64,000 bases of DNA from Mobula hypostoma. Lineage: Eukaryota. Numbering within the stretch: position 1 is the stretch's first letter; each line of letters starts with the position of its first letter. The stretch spans positions 150,724,001 through 150,788,000 of the forward strand of contig NC_086097.1 in NCBI RefSeq assembly GCF_963921235.1, given 5' to 3'. A program made the position numbers and the translations under genes. Positions 1-12,562 of the stretch are shown one piece after another. The notes beneath the pieces are model-generated. The model had not been told where the DNA came from. It did no database searches and was given only the letters and a program-made list of their open reading frames with translations.

Positions 1-944
1 CCAATCTTGATGAATTTCTTTTTAGTTGTTCAAGAAAGCAGTAACCAACATCTCACCTGCGATAATCTGTGTATACCAAGCTTTGGAGGGAAAATGTGAG
101 AATCAAAACCATAATGTGAAAAAGTAACTAATGAATAAAAGAAAACATTGCCTAGATGTTCTGTTCTAAACTAGTTGTAAGAATAGGGCAAAGAGAACAA
201 CTAGAAGTAACAGGCAACTATAATGCATGGCATAGAACCTTCCTCACTTTATATCTGGTGTAGTTTCTAGTACCTAGATTAACAGCAAAGCACATGCCTT
301 AACGGATGACTGCTTCATTTGTTACACATTAATTTGGGTGCATGAAGGACTTCAGACTTTAATCACATGCAGAAGAAATGGATTTGGATTTGCTAAGCAG
401 TGTTAAGTATATGAAGGTCATGAAAAGGACAAAGTAATATTAAAGCAAGTGCACTTTAGCCATTTCCATTACAGCTGAGATTTTTAAGATTCTTAAGGGT
501 TTTGAAAAAGAGAAATCCTGCAACAAGAGGTCAATAATTTAGGAATAACATTAAGAGATTAAGTTTCATGGGTGACTTGGAGCAATCAAATTGGAAATAA
601 TTACGACAAGCGAATTTACAGTGTACCTCCAGGATAATTTCCTAAAACAATGTTATGGAACAAACCAGGTTATGGGCTATTGCATCTGGTAATGTGTAAC
701 AAGACAGGTTTAATAAATTATTTCAGAGTAATAGATTGCCTTGTAAGTACCTTTACAAATATGACAGAATTTAGTATTTAAACTGAGTGAAAAGATTGGG
801 TTTGAACAACTGCAGGAAATTTAAATGGGAGAATTGGAAAAGAATGAGAACGTAGTTGGCTAAATTGAAGTGGGCAAGTACATTGGTAAGTCAATAACTA
901 GTCAGTGGTAGATGGTCCATGACTCAAATCAAAAATACATCTTA

Positions 945-2235
945 GAATCATAGAGTCATGAAAAGTAGGGCACAAAACAGACCTTTTGGCTCATCAAGTC
1001 CACACCGAACCATTTAAGCTGCCTAGTCCCATCGACCAGCATGCTGACAATGATCCTCCATACCCCTGCCATCCATGTACCTATCCAAACTTCTCTTAAA
1101 CACTGAAATTGAGCTTGCATGCACCATTTACGCTGGCAGCTTATCGACACTGTCATGACCCTCTGAGTGAAGTTTCCCTTCGTGTTCCCATTAAACATTT
1201 CACCTTTAACACATGATCTCTACTTGTAGTTCCACATCCTCAGTGGAAAAAGCCTGCTTGCGCTTACCTTATCTATACCCCCCCCCCCATAATTTTATAC
1301 CTCTATCAAATCTCCCCTCAATCTTCTACATTCCAAGGAATAAAATCTTAATCTAGTAAATCTTTGCTTATAACTTAGGTCCTTCAGTCCCAACAACATC
1401 CTTGTAAACAAGATTGAAGGAGTACATAGAAATCTTTCCTGTAGGTAGATGAACAAAAGCACACACAATACTCCAAATTAGACCTCACCAGTGTCTTATA
1501 CAACTTCAACATAGCATCTCATCTCCTGTATTCAATACTTTAATTTATGAAGGCCAATGTGCCGAAAACTTTCCTAACAACCCTACCTGCTTGGACCTGT
1601 TTTCCCAGATCCCTTTGTCCTACCACATTCCTCAGTGCCCTACCGTTCACTGTACAAGACCTACCCTGATTGATCCTACCAAAGTGCAAAACCTCGCACT
1701 TGTCCGTAATACATTCCACTTGCTATTTTACAGCCCATTTTACCAGCTGGTACAGATCTTGCTACAACCTTTAATAGTCTTCCTAGATGTCCACTACACC
1801 CCCAATCTGATGTCATCTGCAAATTTGTTGATCCAGTTACCCACATCGTCATCCACATCACTGATATAGATGATAAACAGCAACTCACCCAGCACCGATC
1901 TCTGTGCACTCCACTAGTCACAGGCCTCCCAAAGAGGCAAGCGTCTACTACTTACTCTCTAGATTCTCCCACAAAGTCAATGCTTAATCTAGTTTACTAC
2001 TTCATCTTGAATACCAAGCAACTGGACTTCCCTGACCAACCACCCAATTCCAAGTAGACAACATCCACCGCTTTGCATTCATCAACTTTCCTGGTAACTT
2101 CCTCAAAAAACTTATTCAGTTAGACAACCTACCATGGAAAAGCAATACTAACTCTCCCTAATCAGTCCCTATCAATCCAAATGCTCATATATCCAATCCC
2201 TTAGAATATCTTCCAATCATTTTCCCACTACTGTT
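945..2235 (-). mobile_element. CR1-type LINE, degenerate 3' portion (RT and 3' UTR)
   Basis: The minus strand reads as a frameshifted CR1 RT region (SGV.Q.SVLG / FADDIRLG-like). The 3' end lies near 950. Confidence 0.8.
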
Positions 2236-2485
2236 GTCAGGCCCTGGGGTTTTTATCCACCCTAATTTGCCCCAAGACAGCAAACACCTCCATGCCCTGA
2301 ACTCATCTGCCTTCCCTACTTGCATTGAAATATATGCAGCTCAGAACATTAGTTGTACTATGCTCAAACTTTTGATTCCTGACTTTGAGGCCTCAACCTC
2401 TCCTCTATCTCTTCTGCTACTCTGATTCCTAACCCCCTGCAACTCTAGTTTACCCCCTCCCCCCATGCAACACAAGCAAACCTTC

Positions 2486-3884
2486 CCAATAGGATATTAT
2501 CATCATGAAGTGTTTCGAGAGGCTTGTCATGAGGCACATCAAGACCCTGCTGCCCCCCTCACTGGACACCCTGCAGTTCGCGTACCGTCCCAACCGTTCA
2601 ACAGACGATGCCATTGCCATCACTCTCCAGCTGGCCCTAACCCACCTGGACAAAAAAGACACGTACGTTTGAATGCTGTTCGTAGACTTCAGTTCAGCAT
2701 TCAACACAATCATTCCTCAGAAACTGATTGGAAAGCTAAGCCTACTGGGCCTGAACACCTTCCTCTGCAACTGGATCCTCGGCTTCCTGATTGGGAGACC
2801 TGTCAGTCCGGATTGGAAGCAGCATCTCCAACACCATCACACTGAGCACGGGGGCTCCCCAGGGCTGTGTGCTCAGTCCACTGCTGTTCACTCTGCTGAC
2901 CCACGACTGTGCTGCAACACACAGCTCAAACCACATCATCAAGTTCACCGATGACACGACTGTGGTGGGTCTCATCAGCAAGAACGATGAGTCAGCATAC
3001 AGAGAGGAGGTGCAGCGGCTAATGAACTGGTGCAGAGCCAACAACCTGTCACTGAATGTGAACAAAACAAAAGAGATGGTTGTTGACTTCAGAAGGACAC
3101 AGAACGACCATTCTCCACTGAACATCGACGACTCCTCCATAGAGATCATTAAGAGCACCAAATTTCTTGGTGTTCACCTGGTGGAGAATCTCACCTGGTC
3201 CCTCAACACCAGCTCCATAGCAAAGAAAGCCCAGCAGTGTCTACTTTCTGCGAAGGCTGAGAAAAAATCCATCTCCCACCCCCATCCTCACCACATTCTA
3301 CAGAGGGTGTATTGAGAACATCCTGAGCAGCTGCATCATTGCCTGGTCCGGGAATTGCACCATCTCAGATAGCAAGAGCCTGCAGCGGATAGTGAGGGCA
3401 GCTGAGAAGATCATTGGGGTCTCTCTTCCCACCATTACAGACATTTACACCACATGCTGCATCCATAAAGCAAACAGCATTATAAAGGACCCCATGCACC
3501 CCTCATACAAACTCTTCTCCCTCCTGCCATCAAGCAAAAGGCACTGACGTATTCGGGCTCTCACGTTTAGACTATGTAACAATTTCTTCCCCCAAGTCAT
3601 CAGACTCCTCAATACCCAGAGCCTGGACTGACACCAACCTACTGCCCTCTACTGTGCCTATTGTCTTGTTTATTATTTATTGTAATGCCTGCACTGTTTT
3701 GTGTGCTTTATGCAGTCCTGGCTAGGTCTGTAGTCTAGTGTAGTTTTGTGTTGTTTTACATAGTTCAGTGTAGTTTTTGTATTGTTCATGTAGCACCATG
3801 GTCCTGAAAAACATTGTCTTGTTTTTACTGTGTACTGTACCAGCAATTATGGTTGAAATGATAATAAAAAGTGACTTGACTTGA
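2486..3884 (+). mobile_element. Rex1/Babar LINE, 5'-truncated, nested in a CR1 ORF1 remnant
   Basis: ORFs 2673-2954 ([14 protein letters not shown]) and 2791-3315 ([21 protein letters not shown]...[12 protein letters not shown]). It ends in AATAAAAA followed by a (GACTT) tail. Confidence 0.9.
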
Positions 3885-4020
3885 TCAGTCCCCCTTTGGT
3901 CAGTGCAGATTCTTTTGTACAGGTCCCACCTTCACTTGAAGAGAGCCTAGTGATCCAAAATCTGACACCTGCCCTCCTACACCAACTCCTTAACCACATG
4001 TTAAGCTGTATGATCTTTAC

Positions 4021-5160
4021 TGTATAAAGCACACGGTATTGGGGGTAAGGTATTGGTGTGGGGGAGAATTGGTTAGCAGACAGGAAGCAAAGAGTGGGAA
4101 TAAACGGGACCTTTTCAGAATGGCAGGCAGTGACGAGTGGGGTACCACAAGGCTCAGTGCTGGGACCCCAGTTGTTTACAATATATATTAATGACTTGGA
4201 TGAGGGAATTAAATGCAGCATCTCCAAGTTTGTGGATGACATGAAGCTGGGTGGCAGTGTTAGCTGTGAGGAGGATGCTAAGAGGATGCAGGGTGACTTG
4301 GGTAGGTTGGGTGAGTGGGCAAATTCATGGCAGATGCAATTTAATGTGGATAAATGTGAAGTTATCCACTTTGGTGGCAAAAATTAGGAAAACAGATTAT
4401 TATCTGAATGGTGGCCGATTAGGAAAAGGGGAGGTGCAACGAGACCTGGGTGTCGTTATACACCAGTCATTGAAAGTGGGCATGCAGGTACAGCAGGCGG
4501 TGAAAAAGGCGAATGGTATGCTGGCATTTATAGCGAGAGGATTCGAGTATAGGAGCAGGAGGTACTACTGCAGTTGTACAAGGCCTTGGTGAGACCACAC
4601 CTGGAGTATTGTGTGCAGTTTTGGTCCCCTAATCTGAGGAAAGACATCCTTGCCATAGAGGGAGTACAAAGAAGGTTCAGCAGATTGATTCCTGGGATGG
4701 CTGAACTTTCATATGAAGAAAGACTGGATGAACTGGGCTTGTACTCGTTGGAATTTAGAAGATTGAGGGGGGATCTGATTGAAACGTATAAGATCCTAAA
4801 GGGATTGGACAGGCTAGATGCAGGAAGGTTGTTCCCGATGTTGGGGAAGTCCAGAACGAGGGGCCACAGTTTGAGGATAGAGGGGAAGCCTTTTAGGACC
4901 AAGATTAGGAAAAACTTCTTCACACAGAGAGTGGTGAATCTGTGGAATTCTCTGCCACAGGAAACAGTTGAGGCCAGTTCATTAGCTATATTTAAGAGGG
5001 AGTTAGATATGGCCCTTGTGGCTACGGGGGTCAGGGGGTATGTAGGGAAGGCTGGGGCGGGGTTCTGAGTTGGATGATCAGCCATGATCATAATAAATGG
5101 TGGTGCAGGCTCGAAGGGCCGAATGGCCTACTCCTGCACCTATTTTCTATGTTTCTATCT
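4021..5160 (+). mobile_element. Young CR1 LINE 3' portion (RT C-terminal half and 3' UTR)
   Basis: ORFs 4058-4387 (SGVPQGSVLGPQLFTIYINDLD...KFVDD) and 4574-5068 (YKALVRPHLEYCVQFWSP...NFFTQRVVNLWNSLP), with a (TTTCTAT) tail. Confidence 0.95.
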
Positions 5161-5720
5161 TCTGATTTCTGGCCTCACTAGCAGGTGACATGGATGGTGA
5201 TACTGCGATCACAACCCTGGAGGTCCTGTCCTTTGACTTAGCACCTAGTTCTCTGAACTTACTTTGTAGAACCTTGTCACTCTTACTATCTATACCATTG
5301 CTACCTTCATGGACCACGACCTCTGGCTGCTCACCCTCCCACCAAAGAATGTTGAGGACTTGATCTGAGATGTCGTAGGCTCTGACACCCGGGAGGCAAC
5401 ATACCGTCCGGGAATCTTGTTCTCATCCACAGCACCTTTCTGTTCACCAAGGAATCCCGTATCACCACAGCTCACCTCTTCTGCCCCCTTCACTTCTGAG
5501 TCACAGAATCAGACTCAGTGCCAGAGACCTGACTGCTGTTTGTTTCTGTGGTTGAGGGGAATGGCCACAGGGGCTTCTCTGCACTGGCTGTTTAACTCCT
5601 TTCCCCTTCCTGACTATCACCACTCTCCTGTATCCTCCACCTTGGTGCAACTACCCCTGTATATGTTCTATCATGCCCTCAGTCTCAGGCGTTCACCTAA
5701 GTCCAGCTCTAACTCCTTAA
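5161..5720 (-). mobile_element. CR1 ORF1-region remnant, continuing 2260-2485 and 3885-4020
   Basis: Visibly similar to the 51286-52480 and 55900-56880 copies. Younger insertions interrupt it. Confidence 0.65.
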
Positions 5721-5879
5721 CAAGGAACATACTAAGGAAAAGAATTCTAAGGAGATGAACAAACCAGACAAGAGAAGCCATAAATAAATAAATAAAAGAA
5801 TGAGGAAACAGGAAAAGAAGCAAAGGTTAGCAGTAGAACAAAAGTCTGGAAGAAATTCAGAAACCAGCAAAGGAGATGT

Positions 5880-6250
5880 ACAAAGCAATGTACATTGACC
5901 TCATTCAAACCTATCAAATGCTGAAAGACCTTGATAGGATGGATATGGAGAGGATGTTTCCTATGGTAAGGGAGCCCAAGACCAGGATACAGCCTCAGAA
6001 TAGAGGGGTGTACTTTCAGAACAGAGAAGAGGAAGAATTCCTTCAGCCAGACTGGCAAATCTGTGGAATTCATTGTTACAGGTGGTTGTGAAGACCAAAT
6101 CATTGGGTATGTTTAAAAAGTCAGGCATGAAGGGATACAGGGAGAAGGAAGGAGATTGGGGCTGAGAGGGAAAATGGATCAAGCATTATGAAGTGGCAGT
6201 GCAGACTTGATGGGCCAAATGGTCTAATTCTGCTCCTTTATCTTATGGTC
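5880..6250 (+). mobile_element. CR1 3' end fragment
   Basis: ORF 5876-6091 (DLIQTYQMLKDLDRMDMERMFPMV) followed by a CR1-type 3' UTR. Confidence 0.8.
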
Positions 6251-7406
6251 TAATTGTAGGTCCCTTACAGGATGATGCTGGAAAATTATTAAAAGCAAAG
6301 AGATCACAAAGGAGTTAACTATATATTTAGCATTAATCTTTATAGTCAATGATTAGTGACACCATTAATATGAAAAAATACAAGGGAAGAATTAAATATT
6401 GTTATTAGAAAGTTAATATTAGATAAACTAGTAAGACTAAAGGCCCCCAGACTTGGTTTGCATTCTACAATCATGAAGAAAATGGCTGAAAAGATAGTGA
6501 ATGCTATTTCTTATGTGCGGCTCCTAGCACATAAGATGACATAACAATGCCTCTATTGTCTTAGAAATTTGCGCATATTCAGAATGTTACCTCCCACATC
6601 AGCAGGTTCAGGAACAGTTGTTGCCCTTCAAACAATCAGCTCCTGAACGAGCATGGATAATTTCTCTCACTTCAACAATGAACGGATTCCACAAGCAATA
6701 GTCTCACTTTCAATGAATTACAATTTATGGTTTCAGTATTACTTATGTATTTACTTTTGCTCAATTTGTCTCCTTTTGCACATTGCTTGTTTGTCACTCC
6801 ATGTACAGCTTTTCGTAAATGCTATTGTATTTATTTTGCTGTAAATGCTTACAAGAAAATGAATCTCAAAATAGTATGAGGTGACATATACATACATTTA
6901 TAATAAATATGCTTTGAACTTTGAATGCAGCAATTGTAATGTTCCGTAACTACTTAGAATCTACAGGTACAAGTGACTGGAAAACTGACATTTATTAAAA
7001 AATGTGTGGGGCGGGGGCAAAAATCCATCAGAGTGGTTAGTTTAACAACTATAATTGGAAAAATGTCACATGGTTTCATGAAGAAAAATAATGTCTAACA
7101 AATTGATTGGAATTCTTTGAGGAAGTATCAGCCAGAATGGATGGAGTGTCCACTATCTCAACTTTTCAATATCCAGTAGATTTCCCCTTTATCCTGCCGA
7201 ACTCTAACAAGTTCAGGGACAAATGCTCCATTTAGGTTAAGCTTTCATTCCAGTGAAGCACCTCTGGACCCTCTCCAGCACATCTTTCCATGGTTAAAAA
7301 TTGCTCACAATATTCCTAATGCAATCTAACCAACCTCTCAGCAGTATATCCTTACTCTATGTTTTAGTCTTGATTAAACGAACACTAACATTGAACATAG
7401 AGCATC

Positions 7407-7854
7407 CATTCAGTGGCCACTATTAGGTACACCTGCTTGTTAATGTAAATATCTAATCAGCCAATCGTGTAGTAGCAAATCAATGGCTAAAACACACAAC
7501 AGGCATGGTCAACAGATTTAGTTGTTGTTCAGACCAAATATCAGAATGGGGAAGAAGTGTGACCTAATTGACTTTGACTGTGGAGTGATTGTTGGTGCCA
7601 GACAGGGTGGTTTGAGCATCTCAGAAACTGCTGCTCTCCTGAGATTTCCACACACAAAAGATCACAGGAGAATGGCCAAAATGGTTCAAGCTACAGGAAG
7701 GCAACAGTAACTAAAATAACCATATGTTACAACAGTGCTATTTAGAAAAGCATCTTTGAGTGCACAATATACAAAACCTTGATGTGGAAGGGCTGCTGCA
7801 GCAGAAGACCACACCAGGTTCCACTCCGGTACCTAATAAAGTTCCCACTATGTG
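7407..7854 (+). mobile_element. Tc1-like DNA transposon, internally deleted
   Basis: Imperfect TIRs CATTCAGTGGCCACTATTAGGTAC...GTACCTAATAAAGTTCCCACTATGTG. The ORF MGKKCDLIDFDCGVIVGARQGGLSISETAALL resembles a Tc1 N-terminal HTH. Confidence 0.85.
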
Positions 7855-7859
7855 TACAT

Positions 7860-8480
7860 ACAACAATTACAGACCCTCTGGCCCAGAATCTTGTGCCAAT
7901 CTTTTAAACTACTCCAAGGTCAATCTAACACTTCTCTCCCACATAGCCCTCCATTTTTCTTTCATTCATGTGCCCATCTATGGAAGTATCTGCCTTTACC
8001 ACCACTCTAGGCGGTGCATTCTACATGCCAACCACTCTGTATGTATAAAAAAACTCTCAGACATCCCCCTATATTTTCCTCCAATCTCCTGAAAATTATG
8101 CCATCTCATTTCCACTCTAGGAAAAAGTCTCTGGCTGTCCACTCATCTATGCCTCTTTTCATCTTGTACATCTCTTATCAAGTTGCCCCTCATGGTCCTT
8201 CACTCCAAAGACAAAATCCCTAGCTCACTCAACCTATTCTTACAAGCTATGCTCACCAATTCAGGTAAAACTCCTCTGTGCCATTTCAAAAGTTTCCATA
8301 TTGTTCTTATAATGAGGCGACCAGAACGAACGACAATACACCAAGTGGTATCACCAACATTACCTCATGGCTCTTGAACTCAATCCTCCAACTAATGAAA
8401 ACCAACACCAATGAAAAACAACACAAGTGCCTTTTCAACCACTCTATCAACTTGCATGACAACTTTAAGGGATCTATTGG
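7860..8480 (-). mobile_element. Degenerate CR1 3' end
   Basis: The reverse complement resembles the CR1 RT C-terminus and UTR of other copies in the window. Confidence 0.65.
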
Positions 8481-8875
8481 CACAACTTCCAAGTTAATCT
8501 TGAGGGAATCCTGAACTACAACTTAAGACCATTTGCATGTCTGAATTACAAATTCCATACCCATTTAGAATATAATCTATGCCTTTATTCTTCCTAGCAA
8601 TGTGCATAACTTTACACTTCCCTACACTGTATTCCATTTGCCACTTATTTATCTATCCAAGTCCTTCACAATATTACCTGTCCCTCTATCTTGATATCAT
8701 CTGTAAATGTGGCCACAATGCCATCAGTTCGTTCATCCAGATCATTAATTATAAAGTGAAAAGTTGTCCTGAAATTGACCCATGCGGACTTCCAGTAGTT
8801 AACAGCAACTAGCAACCATCCTTAAAAAAGGCACCTTTGTGCTCCAGTCTTTACCAGAATCTGGTTCTTTACTCA

Positions 8876-9168
8876 GAACCAGAGGCCATAGTTTAAGAAT
8901 AAGGGGTAGGCCATTTAGAATGGAGTTGAGCAAAAACTTTTTCACCCAGAGAGTGGTGGATGCATAGTCTGCCCCAGAAGGCTGTGGAGGCCAAATCTCT
9001 AGATGCTTTCAAGAAAGAGATGGATAGAGCTCTTAAAGATAGCGGAATCAAAGGTTACGGGGATAAGGGAGGAACTAGATACTGATTGTGGATGATCAGC
9101 CATGATCACAGTGAATGGCGGTGCTGGCTCGAAGGGCCAAATGGCCTACTCCTGTACCTATTGTCTTT
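8876..9168 (+). mobile_element. Young CR1 3' end
   Basis: Its 3' part is near-identical to 42843-43017. It encodes NFFTQRVV and has a CTATTGT tail. Confidence 0.85.
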
Positions 9169-10179
9169 AGTTCTACCAGTCAACCAATGTTCTATCAATG
9201 CTAGTATCTTGTCTCCAATACTACGGGTTCTTACTTAGTTTAGCAATCTTGTGTATAAAAAGTCCTAGTAAACATCCACTGACTCCCCTGTTATCTAATC
9301 TGTTTGCCTCAGAATTTAACAGATTTGTCAGGGAAGATCTCCCCCTTAACAAAAACTGAGCTGACTTTGCCCCCTTTTATCATGTATTTCCAAGTACTTT
9401 GAAGCTTCATCCTTAATAAAGGACTTTACAATCTTACAGACCATTGAGGTCAGGCTAACTAGCCTATAATTCTTCCTTTCGCCTCTTTCATTTCTTAAAA
9501 ACCAGGCAACAAGAAAATACAAAACTCTCCATATTCTTGAACATGAAGTCTCAACTCTCTTTCCAAAGATGCTGCTTTTTGACAATATGGGTAGCGTGCA
9601 TCACTAAACATTGAATATTTTCTCTATTGCCATCAAAAGTTCAGTGGTGGAAAAGGGCAGCAGTTAAGTATCAACACAGGATTCTTCTATTTGTGTTCAT
9701 TACTCTCAGGGGGGTACTGAAAACAAAAACAGCATATATCACATTTTCCCTTCGTCCTTCATTGCCCTTTCAAATAGGAGAAATGAGCAAAAGAACTACC
9801 AGAAATTTAAAAAAAACTGTTGCCCATTCCCAAAGCATTATGGAAACAAATACCAGCAGATTGAATTCTATTATATCTTATCAAAAGTGTGTGTCTGTGT
9901 TTCTTATAGTTATTCAGAAGAAATCTGAAATATTTACAGGGGAGTGGATAAATGTGCTCTAAAGAGGCAAATGGCATTTAAACTTTTACCTTTCTATTAA
10001 AACAAAACAGCTGCAACTTTCCAATCCTCTGGCACCACCCACAAATCTATACATATTTGGAAGAACCAATTAGTTATTCTAAAACAACAGGAATTCTGCA
10101 GATGCTGGAAATTCAAGCAACATACATCAAAGTTGCTGGTGAACGCAGCAGGCCAAGCAGCATCTATAGGAAGAGGCGC

Positions 10180-10215
10180 AGTCGACGTTTCAGGCCGAGA
10201 CCCTTCGTCAGGACT
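10180..10215 (-). ncRNA. Minimal type I hammerhead ribozyme motif
   Basis: The minus strand reads AGTC-CTGACGA-AGGGTCTCGGCCT-GAAA-CGTC-GACT: stem I AGUC/GACU, CUGANGA core, stem II AGG/CCU, GAAA, GUC cleavage triplet. Confidence 0.85.
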
Positions 10216-10229
10216 CTCTTCCTTCAGTT

Positions 10230-10265
10230 AGTCCTGACGAAGGGTCTCGGCCTGAAACGTCGACT
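10230..10265 (+). ncRNA. Minimal type I hammerhead ribozyme motif
   Basis: Same sequence on the plus strand: CTGACGA at 10234-10240, GAAA at 10254-10257, predicted cleavage after C10261. Confidence 0.85.
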
Positions 10266-10904
10266 GCGCCTCTTCCTATAGATGCTGCTTGGCCTGCTGC
10301 GTTCACCAGCAACTTTGATGTATGTTAGTTATTCTAAAATTTACATAAAAGGTTTCCCCTCTTTGTGGCATCTGCAAGTTTAACAATGGCATAATTTATT
10401 GACTTCAAAGTGTTTTCCTTTTCATATAGAATGTTGATTACTGTAACAACCTGGGCGTGCCTATAGAGTTAGGAATGTTATAATTCACGTTAAAATTCTG
10501 GAAGTTTCCCATGTCTGGCCTCCCACTGCATATGCTGACATGCACCAGGATAACTCTTATCCTAAATCTTGAAGACAATGTCAACAACCAAAAGAAAAAC
10601 AGTATAATCATACCAGAACATGTTTATTTGTGCAATCCAACTGAATACAGGGGGGAAAAAAGACATTCAAGCTACTGCTTGCAACATACAGTACACAGTT
10701 TCATGTACTAGTCTGAAAGTTTACAGCACAACATAGATTAAATAATCAATGCATCATGCAGTAATAGAAAAAATATCCTATAGAAAATCTTCCAAATTTG
10801 TTATTTTTACAGTGAAATCAAAACAGAAATTGTTGAAAATATTCATGTAGTAATAATGCTTGCAGATAGAACAGGTTAATACTTCAGGCATAGAACTTCT
10901 CTAA

Positions 10905-10947
10905 ATATTATTCAACCTTTTGTGGCAAGGGCCAAGTGAAACTCCCC

Positions 10948-10981
<34 letters not shown>

Positions 10982-11880
10982 GGGCCATACACAAGTTTTA
11001 TTTAATCACACGTAACAGAACTGACATTTTTAGTCATAAATATGAAAACATAAATGATAGTTGAATGGCCTATTTTCTGTTCAGAACAATAATCGTCTCA
11101 AAGAGCAGCAAACTATGCCCGGTGTTTGTGTATGTATGTAACCAATTTACTTGAAATGATTTTAATGCTTGCATCAGATATGTTGACTCAATACAAGCCT
11201 GCACTGCTTCTTAATCAACAATTATTTAATAACTTTAGAAATTAAAACTATTTTAATAGGTTGGTGTTCTAATATAAATTGCAATACAAATTGTTATTTA
11301 TTGCAACATCTATCACTCTTTTCCAGGGCTCCTTGGATTAAATACAAATCTATACATTTTTCTACACCTCTGCTGGAAGCCTGAGGGTCATTTCATCAAC
11401 TGACCAAACAAAGTATTCAGAACACAATGCCACAGAGGGCTTCTAGTCTAACCACCAACAGCAGTTCATTTACAGCCTCTGGAATTGATAGGGCAATTGT
11501 GTTATTAGCAGTACTTTAATCCAACACTGGAATGAACCCTCTTGCTCCAGCTTGATGCATGTATCAAGTAATCACTGTGTTGTTGCAAGGCCCTCATATG
11601 CCAAGTGAACAACTTATGAGTGGATAGATGTTGATTTGCTGCTTTTTTTTGACAAACAATGGCTTTTAATATGAAATAGAATGTAGTCAGCAGCTCTGTG
11701 AACAGAAAAATTGACTGGCTGAGGAGACTGCTTGATAGAAACTCCAAAGTAAAAGAACTCAGGCTTGTCTGGATATAAAGCATGAAAAACAACACCACTT
11801 CTACAAGAACATGTGGCAACCAATCAGCATGGACATGAGTAATGAAGAAATGCATTTGTTATGATCGTTCAGATGAAGTC
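10905..11880 (-). mobile_element. Possible ancient hAT transposon remnant
   Basis: Minus-strand QHSDYLIHASSWSKRV loosely resembles the hAT LLYHTEVRWLSRG block. A TIR-like TTCAACCTTT lies near 10911. Confidence 0.3.
10949..10976. repeat. (AAAT)n microsatellite
   Basis: Seven tandem AAAT units. Confidence 0.95.
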
Positions 11881-12331
11881 AACCTCATGCCATTTCAGAT
11901 TAACAGGACAATTAATATTTGATCGGGTTAAAAACATCACAAGTTAAAATTGAAATTGCTAAGTACCATTTATTTTAAAAAAAAATAAATCCTGCATTAA
12001 TCAGGCTTCTATAGCAAGTTAAAAAAAAAAGCATGCTAGCACCATTATAGGTGTTTAACTCAAACTAGCTGGAATTTTAAAATTTCTGTTAATCCACAAT
12101 CCTGTGGGAAAGAACTATTTCAGTAATACAATGAAACTTTCCATAAGATAACAAACATGATAAGGGTGAATCTTACAGTTTGTATTTTAATCTTGTATCT
12201 TATAATAATCAGCTGAACAGCATGCTTCTAACTTCATCTGGTTAAATGAAATCTTAGGTGTGTTTGTGAATATATACATCAAGATTTATTTGGAATCCCA
12301 TATCAAAAACGAAAATGTATTACATTTTACT

Positions 12332-12562
12332 GCAGCACACACAAAATGCTGGAGGAACTCAACAAGCCAGGGAGTGTCTATGGAAGAGTGTAAACAGCTG
12401 ATGTTTCAGGCAGAGACGCTTCATCACAGCAGTCATCAGTCCTGATGAAGGTTCTCACCCTAAAATGTCAACTATTTACTCTTCCATAGATGTTGCCTGA
12501 GCTGCTGTCCCTCCAGCATTTTGTGTGTGTTGATTTGGATTTCCAGTATCTGCAGGTTTTCT
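12332..12562. mobile_element. Older Penelope-like pLTR fold-back copy with a decayed hammerhead
   Basis: Imperfect inverted arms around about 12430. AGTC-CTGATGA-AGGTTCTCACCCT-AAAA-TGTC-AACT at 12438-12473 has GAAA mutated. Confidence 0.8.

Larger units (their letters stand above)
10085..10326. mobile_element. Penelope-like pLTR insertion with a perfect fold-back inversion
   Basis: The 97-nt arms 10119-10215 and 10230-10326 are exact reverse complements. The direct repeat TTAGTTATTCTAAAA occurs at 10070-10084 and 10325-10339. Confidence 0.9.
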
